Made by a program: the position numbers and the translations under genes. From the NCBI GenBank assembly GCA_038213805.1, contig JBBQSO010000003.1, positions 1 to 64,000 on the forward strand: a DNA stretch of 64,000 nucleotides, given 5' to 3'. Shown piece by piece: positions 28,840-38,186 of the stretch; position 1 is the stretch's first letter; the number at the start of each line of letters is the position of its first letter. The notes under the pieces were generated by a model. It was not told where the DNA came from and did no database searches. It worked only from the letters and a program-made list of their open reading frames with translations. The stretch comes from Planctomycetota bacterium (GTDB lineage: Bacteria; Planctomycetota; UBA11346).

Positions 28840-28854
28840 GCATCCGGCGTGCCG
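28840..28854 (-). promoter_or_regulatory. sigma54 (-24/-12) promoter of flgK
   Basis: Minus strand CGGCACGCCGGATGC (GG-N10-GC), exactly 11 nt before the flgK ATG. Confidence 0.65.
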
Positions 28855-28865
28855 AACTGCTTCGG

Positions 28866-29035
28866 GCTTATGGCTCATGGCTCATGGCTCATGGCTGATA
28901 GCTGATGGCTGATGGCGCGCGTCCAGGGGCGGGTCCCAATGCTGGCAGCCCGACGCGCGGCACACGACGCCACGGCAATCCCGACCAAGGACATGATCCA
29001 TGGACCGAGCAGCCATCAGCCATCAGCCATCAGCC
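28866..29035. repeat. Inverted heptamer pair (GGCTSAT)x~7 ... (CATCAGC)x3
   Basis: Left arm 28866-28916; right arm 29011-29035 overlaps the flgN stop. Confidence 0.85.
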
Positions 29036-29584
29036 TCGGGTATTGATCAACCGCCCCTCGCCGTACGCCCCCGGCCGCGTGCCACGGCGGTCGTAGGCGC
29101 TGGCGGGGCGGCCGGCGGGGTCGCCGACCAGGGTGCCGAGCAGGTCGCGCACGAAGCTCAGGCTTTGGCGGATCAGCGCCATGGTGCACTCGTTGGCGTC
29201 ACGCAGTTCCTCAAGCACGCCGCGCAGCTCGCCCTCGCGGCGGCGCAGCACGCTGCGCTGGGTCTCCGGCGCGGCTTCGACCACCTGGGCGAGCAGCGGC
29301 CGCTCGCTGCGCAGGGCGAGGACCTGGACGGCGGCCTTGAGGATCAGGTCGCGGCGCTGGCGCAGCTTGCCCATCTCGGCCATCGGCGCCTGCTCCTGCT
29401 GGAGGAGCGCCGAGAACGCCGGCATATCGCCGCCGACGATGTGGCGCTGCTTGGCGCGGGTCAGGGCGAGCAGCCGGCGGTGCAGCCCGAGCTCTGCCTC
29501 GAGGTGTTCGCCGAGCTGCTCAAAGAGCTGGCCGATCGTCGCGCTGGAGGCAGCGCTGGCGGGGAGCACGGGTACGGTGGTCAT
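29030..29584 (-). CDS. flgN: Flagellar export chaperone FlgN
   Basis: Helical protein with L...N..L.RQSL and Y.R.G tail, located between flgJ and flgK. Confidence 0.8.
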   Translation of the reverse strand: MTTVPVLPASAASSATIGQLFEQLGEHLEAELGLHRRLLALTRAKQRHIVGGDMPAFSALLQQEQAPMAEMGKLRQRRDLILKAAVQVLALRSERPLLAQVVEAAPETQRSVLRRREGELRGVLEELRDANECTMALIRQSLSFVRDLLGTLVGDPAGRPASAYDRRGTRPGAYGEGRLINTRG

Positions 29585-29928
29585 GGCTTTCCTTTGACGA
29601 TGGGCGGGATGGCCGGAGGCAGCGTCGGTTCCGGCGCCTTGCCGCTGATCCCGGCGCGGGCCGACAATTCGCGGAAGACCATGTCGGCGATGCCCAGGTG
29701 TCCGGCCGCGCGTTCGCCGAGCGCGGTCTCGTGCAGCTGCTTGAACTGCTCGTCCGCACCTTCGCCGCCGATCAGCGGTTCGTCGTCCATCTTGGCGTCG
29801 TCGGCGGTCTTGAAGATGAGCTGGATGAAGGTGCCTTCGAACTGCGCGGCGACGCGCTTGAGGCGCGCGCGCTGGTCATCGCCCGCGTCCTGCAGCCGCC
29901 CCTCACCGGTGATCGAGAGATCGGACAT
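29581..29928 (-). CDS. flgJ: FlgJ-like rod-binding protein (no muramidase domain)
   Basis: LKRVAAQFEGTF, G...F, LGIADMVFREL; 115 aa; between flgI and flgN. Confidence 0.75.
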   Translation of the reverse strand: MSDLSITGEGRLQDAGDDQRARLKRVAAQFEGTFIQLIFKTADDAKMDDEPLIGGEGADEQFKQLHETALGERAAGHLGIADMVFRELSARAGISGKAPEPTLPPAIPPIVKGKP

Positions 29929-31208
29929 TACATCTTCACCAGTTCTGCGTGCAGCGCGCCCGCGCGGGCGATGGCCTCGAAGATCGCCACCAGGTCGTGC
30001 GGCTTGGCGCCGAGCGCGTTGAGGGCGTTGGCGATGTCGTCAACGGTCGCCCCTGCGACGATATTCATGGTCCCGGGCGTGCTGGTGGGGCGGAGTCCGG
30101 CGGGCGGATCGCTGCGCTTGAGGCGGGTGAACGGGTCGACCCACGCCACGGTGTCGACCACCTTACGGGGATCGCTGGGGTCGATGCGGCGGTCGGCGAC
30201 GGGCATGACGCGCAGCGACAGGCTGCCGTGGCTGACCGCCACCGCGCTGATGCGCACCAGGTTGCCGGCGACGATCGTGCCGGTGCGTTCGTTGATCACC
30301 ACGCGCGCCTTGAGATCGGGAGCGACGCGCAGCTGCTGCAGCTTGGCGATGGTGTCGACCAGTTCGCTCTCGCTCGGGGCGCTGGCGAACCCGAGGGTGA
30401 TCATGTTGGCGTCGACGGCGGTGACGCGCGCCGGCCCGAAGGTGTCACCCAGGCAGTGCGCGACGCGGCTGGCGGTGGTGAAGTCGGACTCGCGCAGCAG
30501 CAGGCGCAGACGGTCGCCGTAGAGCAGGGTGGCCGGCACCTCGCGCTCGACCAGCGCGCCCTGCGACAGGCTCGCATCGGTCTCGATGTTGCGGTGCTCG
30601 ATGCCGGGCACGGGCAGTCCGGGGCTGGCGGCGCCAAAGCCGCCGACGCTCAGCGCGCCCTGGGCGACTGCGTAGATGCGCTCGTCCGCGCCGGTCAGGG
30701 GCGTCTGCAGCAGCATGCCGCCGCGCAGCGAGGTGGCGTCGCCGGCCACCGACACGGTGGTGTAGAGGCGCGAGCCTGCGCGCGCGAAGGCAGGCAGGTC
30801 GGCGGTGACCGTGACCATCGCCACGTTCTTGCTGCTGAGGTCGGCGTCGTCGAAGCTGAGGTGCTTGGTGGCGAGCATCTGGCGCAGCATGCGCACCGTC
30901 GCGGGGTTCTTGTCGCCGGTGCCGGACAGGCCGACCACCAGGCCGACGCCGAACAGATGGTTGTCGCGCACACCGCTGATCTCGCAGAGGTCCTTCAGGC
31001 GCACGCCGGCGTCGGTGGGCGCCGGCTCGCCGACCAGCGCCAGGGGCGCGTCGGCGGTGGCCATGGGCGCCAGCATGGGAGCGGCCGGCGGCGCCTCGCC
31101 GGCGGAGGCCAGCCCGGCGAGCGCGAGCAGTGCGGCCAAGCAGGTCGCGGCGGGCAGGCCGAGGGTGAGGGCGCGCATCAGCATGGTGTTGTCCGCAGGG
31201 GTCGTCAT
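29928..31208 (-). CDS. flgI: Flagellar P-ring protein
   Basis: RLKDL..I.GVRDN.L.G.GLVVGL.GTGD, KNVA.V.VTA.LP, ARVVINERTGTIV, AGALHAEL. Confidence 0.95.
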   Translation of the reverse strand: MTTPADNTMLMRALTLGLPAATCLAALLALAGLASAGEAPPAAPMLAPMATADAPLALVGEPAPTDAGVRLKDLCEISGVRDNHLFGVGLVVGLSGTGDKNPATVRMLRQMLATKHLSFDDADLSSKNVAMVTVTADLPAFARAGSRLYTTVSVAGDATSLRGGMLLQTPLTGADERIYAVAQGALSVGGFGAASPGLPVPGIEHRNIETDASLSQGALVEREVPATLLYGDRLRLLLRESDFTTASRVAHCLGDTFGPARVTAVDANMITLGFASAPSESELVDTIAKLQQLRVAPDLKARVVINERTGTIVAGNLVRISAVAVSHGSLSLRVMPVADRRIDPSDPRKVVDTVAWVDPFTRLKRSDPPAGLRPTSTPGTMNIVAGATVDDIANALNALGAKPHDLVAIFEAIARAGALHAELVKM

Positions 31209-31215
31209 GGCGGGA

Positions 31216-31833
31216 TCAGAACGGCCACAGGTGGTCGAGGATCTGGCCGAGCCAGCCCTCGGACTGCGAACGGGTCAGCGGCCCGTCACCCTCGATCGCG
31301 ACCTGGAAGTCGTGGAGCTTCTCGCTCGGCACGGTGTTGTCCGCCTTGATGTCGGCGGTGCGGATGATGCCGGTGATGAGGATGGTCTTGGTGTCCATGT
31401 TGACCTTGACCGTGCGCCGCCCTTCGATGAGCAGGTTGCCATTGTCGAGCACGTCGAGGACGCGTCCGGTGATGGTGGCGAGGACCTCGGCCTGGGCGGT
31501 GTAGTTGCCGGTGCCCTGGAAGTGCTTGTTCGAGGTCGCCGCCAGCGCCGGCAGTTTGCCGCTGGTCGGCAGGCCGGAGATCGCCGGGGTCTCGTTGCTG
31601 CCGGGCAGCAGGTTGATCGCCGCCGCGATGGCGTTCTGCCGCTGGGTCTCGGTCTTGTTGGTGTCGGTGACCGAGGTGGTCTCCTTCACCAGGATGGTGA
31701 TCAGGTCACCCTTCTTGCGCGCCACCTGGTCGGAATACAGCGTGCCGTCAGCGAGCGTCTCGGCCTTCCACAGGCTCTCGGCATAAGCCGGGACGCTGGC
31801 GAGGATGAGCAGGACGAGGAGCGGTGAGCGCAT
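31216..31833 (-). CDS. flgH: Flagellar L-ring protein
   Basis: LYSD..A...GD.ITI.V.E, V.DVL.NGNL.IEG, GI.R..DI..DNTV.S, GWL..I...WPF. Confidence 0.93.
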   Translation of the reverse strand: MRSPLLVLLILASVPAYAESLWKAETLADGTLYSDQVARKKGDLITILVKETTSVTDTNKTETQRQNAIAAAINLLPGSNETPAISGLPTSGKLPALAATSNKHFQGTGNYTAQAEVLATITGRVLDVLDNGNLLIEGRRTVKVNMDTKTILITGIIRTADIKADNTVPSEKLHDFQVAIEGDGPLTRSQSEGWLGQILDHLWPF

Positions 31834-31884
31834 GTGGTGCCTTCCGACAGCGCCCAGGGAGGGGACTGTCTGAGGCCTGACAAC

Positions 31885-31899
31885 GCAAGGGCCGTGCCG
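31885..31899 (-). promoter_or_regulatory. sigma54 promoter of the flgH operon
   Basis: Minus strand CGGCACGGCCCTTGC, an essentially perfect YGGCACGNNNNTTGC match. Confidence 0.8.
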
Positions 31900-31920
31900 A
31901 GGGGGCTGCGCCGCCTCGGG

Positions 31921-32052
31921 GTCCGGGAGTCCGGCAGTCCGGAAGTCCGGAAGTCTTGTGGTACGTGGGCTCTACGGGAATGCGAACGCAGCGCGAACGA
32001 TCAGGGCAGGCAGTCGACTACCGGACTGCCGGACTGCTGGACTCTCGGACCC
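31921..32052. repeat. Inverted octamer pair (GTCCGGNA)x4 ... (GGACTNCC)x4-5
   Basis: Left arm 31921-31955, right arm 32016-32052. Confidence 0.85.
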
Positions 32053-32061
32053 CGGGGGGTG

Positions 32062-32385
32062 TCAGCCGCCCGGCTTCACTCGCGCCACGGCCTGATCGAT
32101 GCCGAGATCCAGGTCGAAGAGTCGTTCCAGGCGCAGGATGCGGAACACCGCCTTGACGGGTTCCGGTAGGTTGGCGACGGCGAAGCGGCCGCCGGTGCCG
32201 ACCACTTTGTTGCGCACGGCGATGATCGCCGCGATGTTCACCGAGTTCAGGAAGCCGACCTGGGCGAGGTCAAGGACCACCCCCCGCGGGGCGCCGCCCA
32301 GGAGCGGCTCGAGGTCACGCCAGATCTGGCCGCATTGGTCTATCACCGTTACTACCAAGGCCGTATCGCGTTCGACGATGTGCAT
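32062..32385 (-). CDS. STAS-domain anti-sigma-factor antagonist
   Basis: VVLDLAQVGFLNS, GGRFAVANL...V..VFRILRL..LF. ATG at 32385. Confidence 0.85.
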   Translation of the reverse strand: MHIVERDTALVVTVIDQCGQIWRDLEPLLGGAPRGVVLDLAQVGFLNSVNIAAIIAVRNKVVGTGGRFAVANLPEPVKAVFRILRLERLFDLDLGIDQAVARVKPGG

Positions 32386-32499
32386 AGCCGTGCTTCCTGG
32401 CGGTGCTGCCAATCTCTGGATGTGACGTCGCGCAGCGCACCCGTTGCCTAGGCTAGGCCGGACCAGTATCAACGCAACGTCATCGGCGGGAGCTGGGGC

Positions 32500-32542
32500 T
32501 TGACGGCAGGTCAATAATTAGTTATCAATTGTTATCATAACT
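32500..32542 (+). promoter_or_regulatory. AT-rich promoter/operator upstream of the aas-like gene
   Basis: TTGACG-N17-TATCAA; direct repeat GTTATCA at 32521 and 32531; inverted AGTTAT...ATAACT. Confidence 0.55.
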
Positions 32543-32551
32543 GAGGTACGC

Positions 32552-35500
32552 ATGAACACGGCCCCCCTTCCTCTGCCTCCCGTTCCAGCCCCACGCGGCT
32601 TCGGTGCTCATCTTCAGGCCTGCGCCATTGGAGCGGGCATCGACAACCTGTTTCGCGCAGTCATCGGCGTTGCGCTGGTGGGTCTCGCCAAGCAGGCGCA
32701 TCCGGGCGACTCCATCGCCGAACACGCCGCCGCGGACCAGCTCGGCAACCTCTACACCACCCTGGCGACGCTGCTGTTCATCATTCCATTCGTGATCGTC
32801 GCCCCCATGGCCGGCAGTCTCGGTGATCGCCTGCCCAAGCATCGCATCATCCGCATCACGCGGCTCGCTGAAGTCGCCCTGATCGCCGTTGGTTCCGCCG
32901 CCCTGGCGCTGGGCAGCACCACCCTGCTGCTCGCCTCCCTGGTCGGCCTGGCCACCAGCAGCGCCTTCTTCGCCCCGGTCAAACTCGCGGTGGTGCCTGA
33001 ACTGGTGAACGCAGAGCGACTGCCGTGGGCCAACGGCTGGCTCGCAGCCATCACGGTCTTCGCGATCCTGGGCGGAACCGCCCTGGCGTCGCTCACCGAC
33101 GCGGGCGTGCTGCACGCGCTCGGCCTGGGCTGGATGGGCGGCGCGGGCATGCTCGCGCTGCTCGGCACCGTGATGGTCGCCATCGGCATCCATGGTGCCT
33201 GGCGCATCCCGCCGCTGCGCGCGCAGGCCCCGGACACGCCTATCGCGCCGTTCTGGGCGATCCCGCGGCAGATGCGCGCGCTCTCATCCGCACCCGGCCT
33301 GTGGGCCCCGGCGCTGAGCCTGGCCGGATTCTGGGCCCTGGGTGCGGTCGCGCAGTCCACCCTCCTCGACATCTCCGGCCTCACCTATGGGCTCGGCCAA
33401 GCGGGCACGGCTGCGCTCTCGGTGACACTCGCCTTCGGCATCATCGCCGGCGCCCTGCTCGCCCCGCGCCTGATGGCCAAGTCTTTTCCTGCTGGACTGC
33501 CCGTCGCCGGCGCGGTGATCGCCGCCGTGGCGCTCATCGCTGCGGGCCTGCACGCCCAGCTCGGTGGCGGCGTGGTGGTGTTCGGCGCGCTGCTGTTCGT
33601 CACCGGCTTCGGCTCGGGCCTGTGGGAAACCCCCCTCACCGTGCTGCTCCAGGAACGCTCGCCGGCCGGAGTGCGCAACCTGGTGATGGCGAGCGCGGGC
33701 GTGCTCGCCTCATTGGCGATGATCGGCGGCGGCGGTGGCTCGCTGGTCCTCAGCCAAATCCTGCACTTCTCCTCGAGCGAGGTATTCATCGCCATCGGCG
33801 CCCTCGCGCTGACCATCACCATGGTTCCGGCGTGGCGCTACCGCACCCAGCTCGCGGCGTGGCTGGTGTGGCTGGCCACCCACGTCATTTTTCGCATCCG
33901 CGTCACCGGGGCCGAGCACCTGCCGGCAAGCGGCGGCTGCCTGGTGGTGTGCAACCACCTCAGCTACAGCGATGGCCTGGTGCTCGGCGCCAGCCTACCG
34001 CGGCGCGCGCGCTTCCTGGTCTACCGCGCCTACGTCGAGATGCCGGTGGTGGGCTTCTTCCTGCGCGCCGCCGGCGTCATCCCGGTCTCCGCCGAGGACC
34101 GCCGCCGCGCGCTGCTCGCCTCGATCGGCACCGCCATCGAGGCGGCCAAGGCCGGCGAGGTGGTGGTGATCTTCCCCGAGGGCCAGCTCACCCGCAGCGG
34201 CCAGACCAACACCTTCCACTCCGGCATGGAGCGCATCGCCGCGCGTGCCGGCGTGCCCGTGGTGCCCGCGCACCTCGCCGGGCTGTGGGGCACCATCACC
34301 AGCCGCGCGCCGCAGCGCAGCTGGCCGCGCCTGCGCCGCCCGGTCGACCTGCGCCTGGGTGCGCCGCTGCCCAGCGACACCACCGCCGCGGTGGCGCGTG
34401 ACCACGTCATGCGCCTCGGCTACGAGGCGGCGCAGGCGCACGCCGACCGCGACCAGCGCACACTGGCCTCCACCTTCCTGACGCACCTGCGCCGCCATCC
34501 GCGCCGCATCGCCGTGCAGGACGCCGGCGGGTCGCTCAGTTACTTTGGCATCGCCGCGGCAGCGCGCGCGCTGGCGCCGCGCCTCGGCCTGGCCGCGGAC
34601 GAGCAACGCGTCGGCGTGCTGCTGCCGCCCGGCCGCGGCGGGGCGATCGTCAATCTGGCGCTCGCCCTGCTCGGGCGCACCGCGGTTAATCTCAACCACA
34701 CCGCCGGCAACGCGCAGGTCGCGCGCATGTGCGAGCTGGCCCAGGTGCGCACGGTGATCAGCTCGGCGCTCTACCTGCGCCGCCTTGCGGGCACCGAGGT
34801 GCCGGGTCGCCGCGTGCTGGTCGAGGATCTGCTGCCGGGCATCGGCAAGATGGGTCTGATCACCGCCGGTCTCGGCGCCCTGCTGCTGCCCCACCGGCTG
34901 GTGGCGCGCGCCCGGGCTGGCGACGTCGCCGCGATCGTGTTCAGTTCGGGATCGACCGGTGATCCCAAGGGCATCGAACTCACCCACCGCCAACTCATCG
35001 CCAACTGCGAGGCGGTGTTCACCGCCCTCGACGTCGATGGCGCGCGCGACGTGCTGCTCTCGCCGCTGCCGCTGTTCCACAGCTTCGGCCTGGTGCATGG
35101 ACTGTGGGTCGGCCTCAGTCAGGGTCTACCGCTGGCCAACCAGCCCGATCCCACCGATGGCAAGGCGCTGGGCGAGCTCGCGCAGAAGAGCCGGGCCACC
35201 ATCATGCTGAGCACGCCGACCTTCGTGCGCGGCTACCTGCGGCGTATTGAACCGGAGCAGCTGCGCACCCTGCGCTTCGCGGTGGTCGGCGCCGAGCGCT
35301 GCCCGGCCGAGCTGCGCGCACAGTTCAGCGAGCGCTTCAAAGCCGAGCTCTTCGAAGGCTATGGCTGCACCGAACTGGCGCCGGCGGTGGCCTTCAACCT
35401 GCCGACCGTCAAGCGCGATGGCGTCACTGAAATACGCAGCCGCGACGGCTCGGTGGGGCGCGCCCTGCCCGGAGTGCAGGTCTTCGCCACCGACCCCAGC

Positions 35501-36058
35501 GACGGCCACGCGCTGCCGCCGGGCAGCGAGGGCCTGCTGGTGGTGCGCAGCCCCGGACGCATGCGCGGCTACCTCGACCGACCCGATCTGACCGAGAAGG
35601 CCTTCGTGCTCGGCGGCTACAACACCGGCGACATCGGCCGGGTCGACGCGGAAGGCTTCATCTTCATCACCGGTCGCCTCGCGCGCTTCGCCAAGATCGG
35701 CGGCGAGATGGTGCCGCTCGACAACGTCGAGCGTATCCTGCAGGAGGCGCTCAGCGCCGCCGTCGGTGCGGATTCCGCACTCGAATTGGCGGTGGCGGCG
35801 GTGCCCGACGAAGGCCGCGGCGAACGCCTGGTGGTGCTGCACACCGGTTACAACGGCGACTGGGATGCGCTGTTCAAGGCGCTCGACGGCAATCCCGCGC
35901 TGTGGCGGCCCAAGTCCCGCGACGTCCGCCAGGTCGCTACCATCCCCAAGCTTGGCACGGGCAAGCGGGATCTCTCCGCGCTCAAGAAGCTGGCGCTTGA
36001 AGGCACAGCGGGGAAGCCGGCTACACCGGCGACGACGTCGGTATGGGCTGATGGCTGA
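32552..36058 (+). CDS. aas: MFS (LplT-like)-acyltransferase-acyl-ACP synthetase fusion
   Basis: N-terminal multi-TM MFS; PlsC motifs NHLSYSD and FPEG; AMP-binding FSSGSTGDPKG, EGYGCTE, TGDIG, GRLARFAKIGGEMV, PKLGTGK. Confidence 0.88.
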   Translation: MNTAPLPLPPVPAPRGFGAHLQACAIGAGIDNLFRAVIGVALVGLAKQAHPGDSIAEHAAADQLGNLYTTLATLLFIIPFVIVAPMAGSLGDRLPKHRIIRITRLAEVALIAVGSAALALGSTTLLLASLVGLATSSAFFAPVKLAVVPELVNAERLPWANGWLAAITVFAILGGTALASLTDAGVLHALGLGWMGGAGMLALLGTVMVAIGIHGAWRIPPLRAQAPDTPIAPFWAIPRQMRALSSAPGLWAPALSLAGFWALGAVAQSTLLDISGLTYGLGQAGTAALSVTLAFGIIAGALLAPRLMAKSFPAGLPVAGAVIAAVALIAAGLHAQLGGGVVVFGALLFVTGFGSGLWETPLTVLLQERSPAGVRNLVMASAGVLASLAMIGGGGGSLVLSQILHFSSSEVFIAIGALALTITMVPAWRYRTQLAAWLVWLATHVIFRIRVTGAEHLPASGGCLVVCNHLSYSDGLVLGASLPRRARFLVYRAYVEMPVVGFFLRAAGVIPVSAEDRRRALLASIGTAIEAAKAGEVVVIFPEGQLTRSGQTNTFHSGMERIAARAGVPVVPAHLAGLWGTITSRAPQRSWPRLRRPVDLRLGAPLPSDTTAAVARDHVMRLGYEAAQAHADRDQRTLASTFLTHLRRHPRRIAVQDAGGSLSYFGIAAAARALAPRLGLAADEQRVGVLLPPGRGGAIVNLALALLGRTAVNLNHTAGNAQVARMCELAQVRTVISSALYLRRLAGTEVPGRRVLVEDLLPGIGKMGLITAGLGALLLPHRLVARARAGDVAAIVFSSGSTGDPKGIELTHRQLIANCEAVFTALDVDGARDVLLSPLPLFHSFGLVHGLWVGLSQGLPLANQPDPTDGKALGELAQKSRATIMLSTPTFVRGYLRRIEPEQLRTLRFAVVGAERCPAELRAQFSERFKAELFEGYGCTELAPAVAFNLPTVKRDGVTEIRSRDGSVGRALPGVQVFATDPSDGHALPPGSEGLLVVRSPGRMRGYLDRPDLTEKAFVLGGYNTGDIGRVDAEGFIFITGRLARFAKIGGEMVPLDNVERILQEALSAAVGADSALELAVAAVPDEGRGERLVVLHTGYNGDWDALFKALDGNPALWRPKSRDVRQVATIPKLGTGKRDLSALKKLALEGTAGKPATPATTSVWADG

Positions 36059-36155
36059 TGGCTGATGGCTGATGGCTGATGGCCAATGCCCGCTGACGTC
36101 CACTCCGTCTGTCTCCGGCTGTCGGCCATCAGCTATCAGCTATCAGCTATCAGCA
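36046..36155. repeat. Inverted heptamer pair (GGCTGAT)x5 ... (YATCAGC)x4 between convergent genes
   Basis: Left arm 36046-36083 contains the aas stop; right arm 36126-36154. Confidence 0.9.
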
Positions 36156-36167
36156 GACGCCCCCCCC

Positions 36168-38186
36168 TCAGAAGAACCAGTAGGCGCGCATGGCCAGCAC
36201 CGTGCGCTCGAGGTCCCAGGCGCTGCCGCGCGAGACTTCGACGCCGATGCCGACGTCACCCGTGAAATTGCAGCGCAGCTGGGCACCCAGCTGCCAATTG
36301 GTGCCGCGGTCACCGAGCACGTAGCGCGTCAGCGAGGCGTGCGGACCGAGGAACCACGATTCGCCCACGCGCAGCAGCAGGCCGGCCTCGGGGCCGAAGC
36401 CGATGGCGTGGTGCGGATCGCGGCCGCCGATGCGCACATCGGCGTCGACGAGCGCGTAGCCGAGGCCGAGCCCGCCGAGGCCGACGCACACCCCGGCGCC
36501 GCCGTTCAGGAAGGCCTGGGTGTGCCAGCCATCGGGCGCGCCCTGTTCCTCGCGCAGCAGCCCGGTATCGACGCGCCAGGCGAGCGGTTGGTAGAAGCGG
36601 TCGACGGTGGCGAACGACGAGAGGTTGATCGCGTCGAAGCGGTTGAGCTGTGGATGCGCCTCTTTTTCATACCAGCGCAATGACAGGTTGGCGAATTCGA
36701 TCTGTGCACCCGGCAGGTAGCCGGCGATCGGGTCGGTGAGGTCGTGGTAGGCGGGGCGGATACCAAGCTCGCCGAAGGTCAGGTCGTCGAGACGGCCGGC
36801 GCCGAGGGTGACGCGCGCCGAGGGATGGCCGCGGTCCGGCGCGGCCGGGACCGGCACTGCGGCGTCAGCGGGCGCCGGCGGCACGGCGAGCCGGCTGCGT
36901 GCGGTGAGAATGGGGATCAGGTTGTGCTGGAAGGCGGCCTGCGCGACCTTCTTGCGGCCGCGCAGAGACTGCAGGTACTCGGCGCTGAGATCAAGGATGC
37001 GCGCCTGGGTGGCCGCGTCCGCGCCGCTCTGGGCGACCGCCTCCGGAGTGCGTTCGCCGTGCGCCAATCCGCGCGCGAGCTCGCCTTGCTCTGCGCTGAG
37101 CTGGGACGCGAGGTGGTGGACACGGGTGGTGCGGCTCGGCCGGTACACCGGGGCGGCTATCAGTCCCGCGCCCTGCATCAGCTTGACGGTGTCGAGCGGA
37201 ATGACCCAGCCACCGGTGCGCTCGTGCAGATCGAGACCGGGGCGCGCGGCGTCGATCAGATAGAGCAGGTTGAAGCAGCAGTTCTCGTCGAAGAAGTAGT
37301 AATCCGAGTAGATTCCGCGCATCTCCCAGACGTGCAGCAGCATGTGGCGCAGCTCGGGCGCGCTGAAACTCAGCTCGTATTCCCAAATGTCGCGCTGGTC
37401 GAGATCGGTGTATTCCGCGACCTTCTGGTAGTAGGGCAGGAAGCTGTAATAGCCGGGGTAGAGGCCGAAGATGCCCTTGAGCGCGAAGGCCACGCCGTTG
37501 TTGGTGTCGGTCGAGGCCGCGTAGTTCACCGACTGACTGAGCAGGGTGCTCTTGTAGCGGCTGCGGATGATCAGCAGGGTGTGCCCGAACATCGACGCCG
37601 GAGTGTTCATGTAAGCGGCAGGGAAGACCAGCGCGGCGCCGCGCGGAGCGAGGTCCCGCAGCACCGCCTCGAACGCCGCGCTGCCGCTCAACGGCAGACG
37701 CGCGCGATCGATGCCGAGGCGCTCCGTGAGCCATTCCAGGCGGGCGGGGAAGCGGTTGGCCGCGGCCAGCTTGGCGTCCGCGGGCAGCGGCGCGAAGAAG
37801 GCCGCGAGATCGGCGATCAGCTCGGTCGCCGGGTCGTACTTGCCGTGCGGCGCCAGGAAGAAGTCCGGGTCATCGACGCGTGAGAAGCGCTTTGCGGCGG
37901 CGCCGGTGTGCAGCAGGGTGCGCCAATAGGGATCCGCCTGGAGGTCCAGGGCCACCGCGCGCTGCAGGAAGCGCCGCACCTCGGCGTCGCTGTACGGCGG
38001 GCCCTGCGGTGCGGGCGCCGGCTCGTCCTGTGCGGGCGACGCGCTGGCGACAGCGGCCGCGGGGGCCGGCGCGGTGGGCAGTACTACCTCGACGGCACCG
38101 AGGTTGCCGCCCACAAGTGCGGCGAGCACGGCGGCCACCTGCGCGCGGTGGGCTGGAAAATGGTCGCGGGCAAACGGGGACGGCAT
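36168..38186 (-). CDS. DUF4105 (Lnb-like) protein with C-terminal beta-barrel-like region
   Basis: W..LLH, FFLA..G..DP..EL, RFPAR..WL, PASMFGHTLL, YYFFDENC, YRPS; ends in YWFF. Start 38186 or 38213. Confidence 0.8.
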   Translation of the reverse strand: MPSPFARDHFPAHRAQVAAVLAALVGGNLGAVEVVLPTAPAPAAAVASASPAQDEPAPAPQGPPYSDAEVRRFLQRAVALDLQADPYWRTLLHTGAAAKRFSRVDDPDFFLAPHGKYDPATELIADLAAFFAPLPADAKLAAANRFPARLEWLTERLGIDRARLPLSGSAAFEAVLRDLAPRGAALVFPAAYMNTPASMFGHTLLIIRSRYKSTLLSQSVNYAASTDTNNGVAFALKGIFGLYPGYYSFLPYYQKVAEYTDLDQRDIWEYELSFSAPELRHMLLHVWEMRGIYSDYYFFDENCCFNLLYLIDAARPGLDLHERTGGWVIPLDTVKLMQGAGLIAAPVYRPSRTTRVHHLASQLSAEQGELARGLAHGERTPEAVAQSGADAATQARILDLSAEYLQSLRGRKKVAQAAFQHNLIPILTARSRLAVPPAPADAAVPVPAAPDRGHPSARVTLGAGRLDDLTFGELGIRPAYHDLTDPIAGYLPGAQIEFANLSLRWYEKEAHPQLNRFDAINLSSFATVDRFYQPLAWRVDTGLLREEQGAPDGWHTQAFLNGGAGVCVGLGGLGLGYALVDADVRIGGRDPHHAIGFGPEAGLLLRVGESWFLGPHASLTRYVLGDRGTNWQLGAQLRCNFTGDVGIGVEVSRGSAWDLERTVLAMRAYWFF

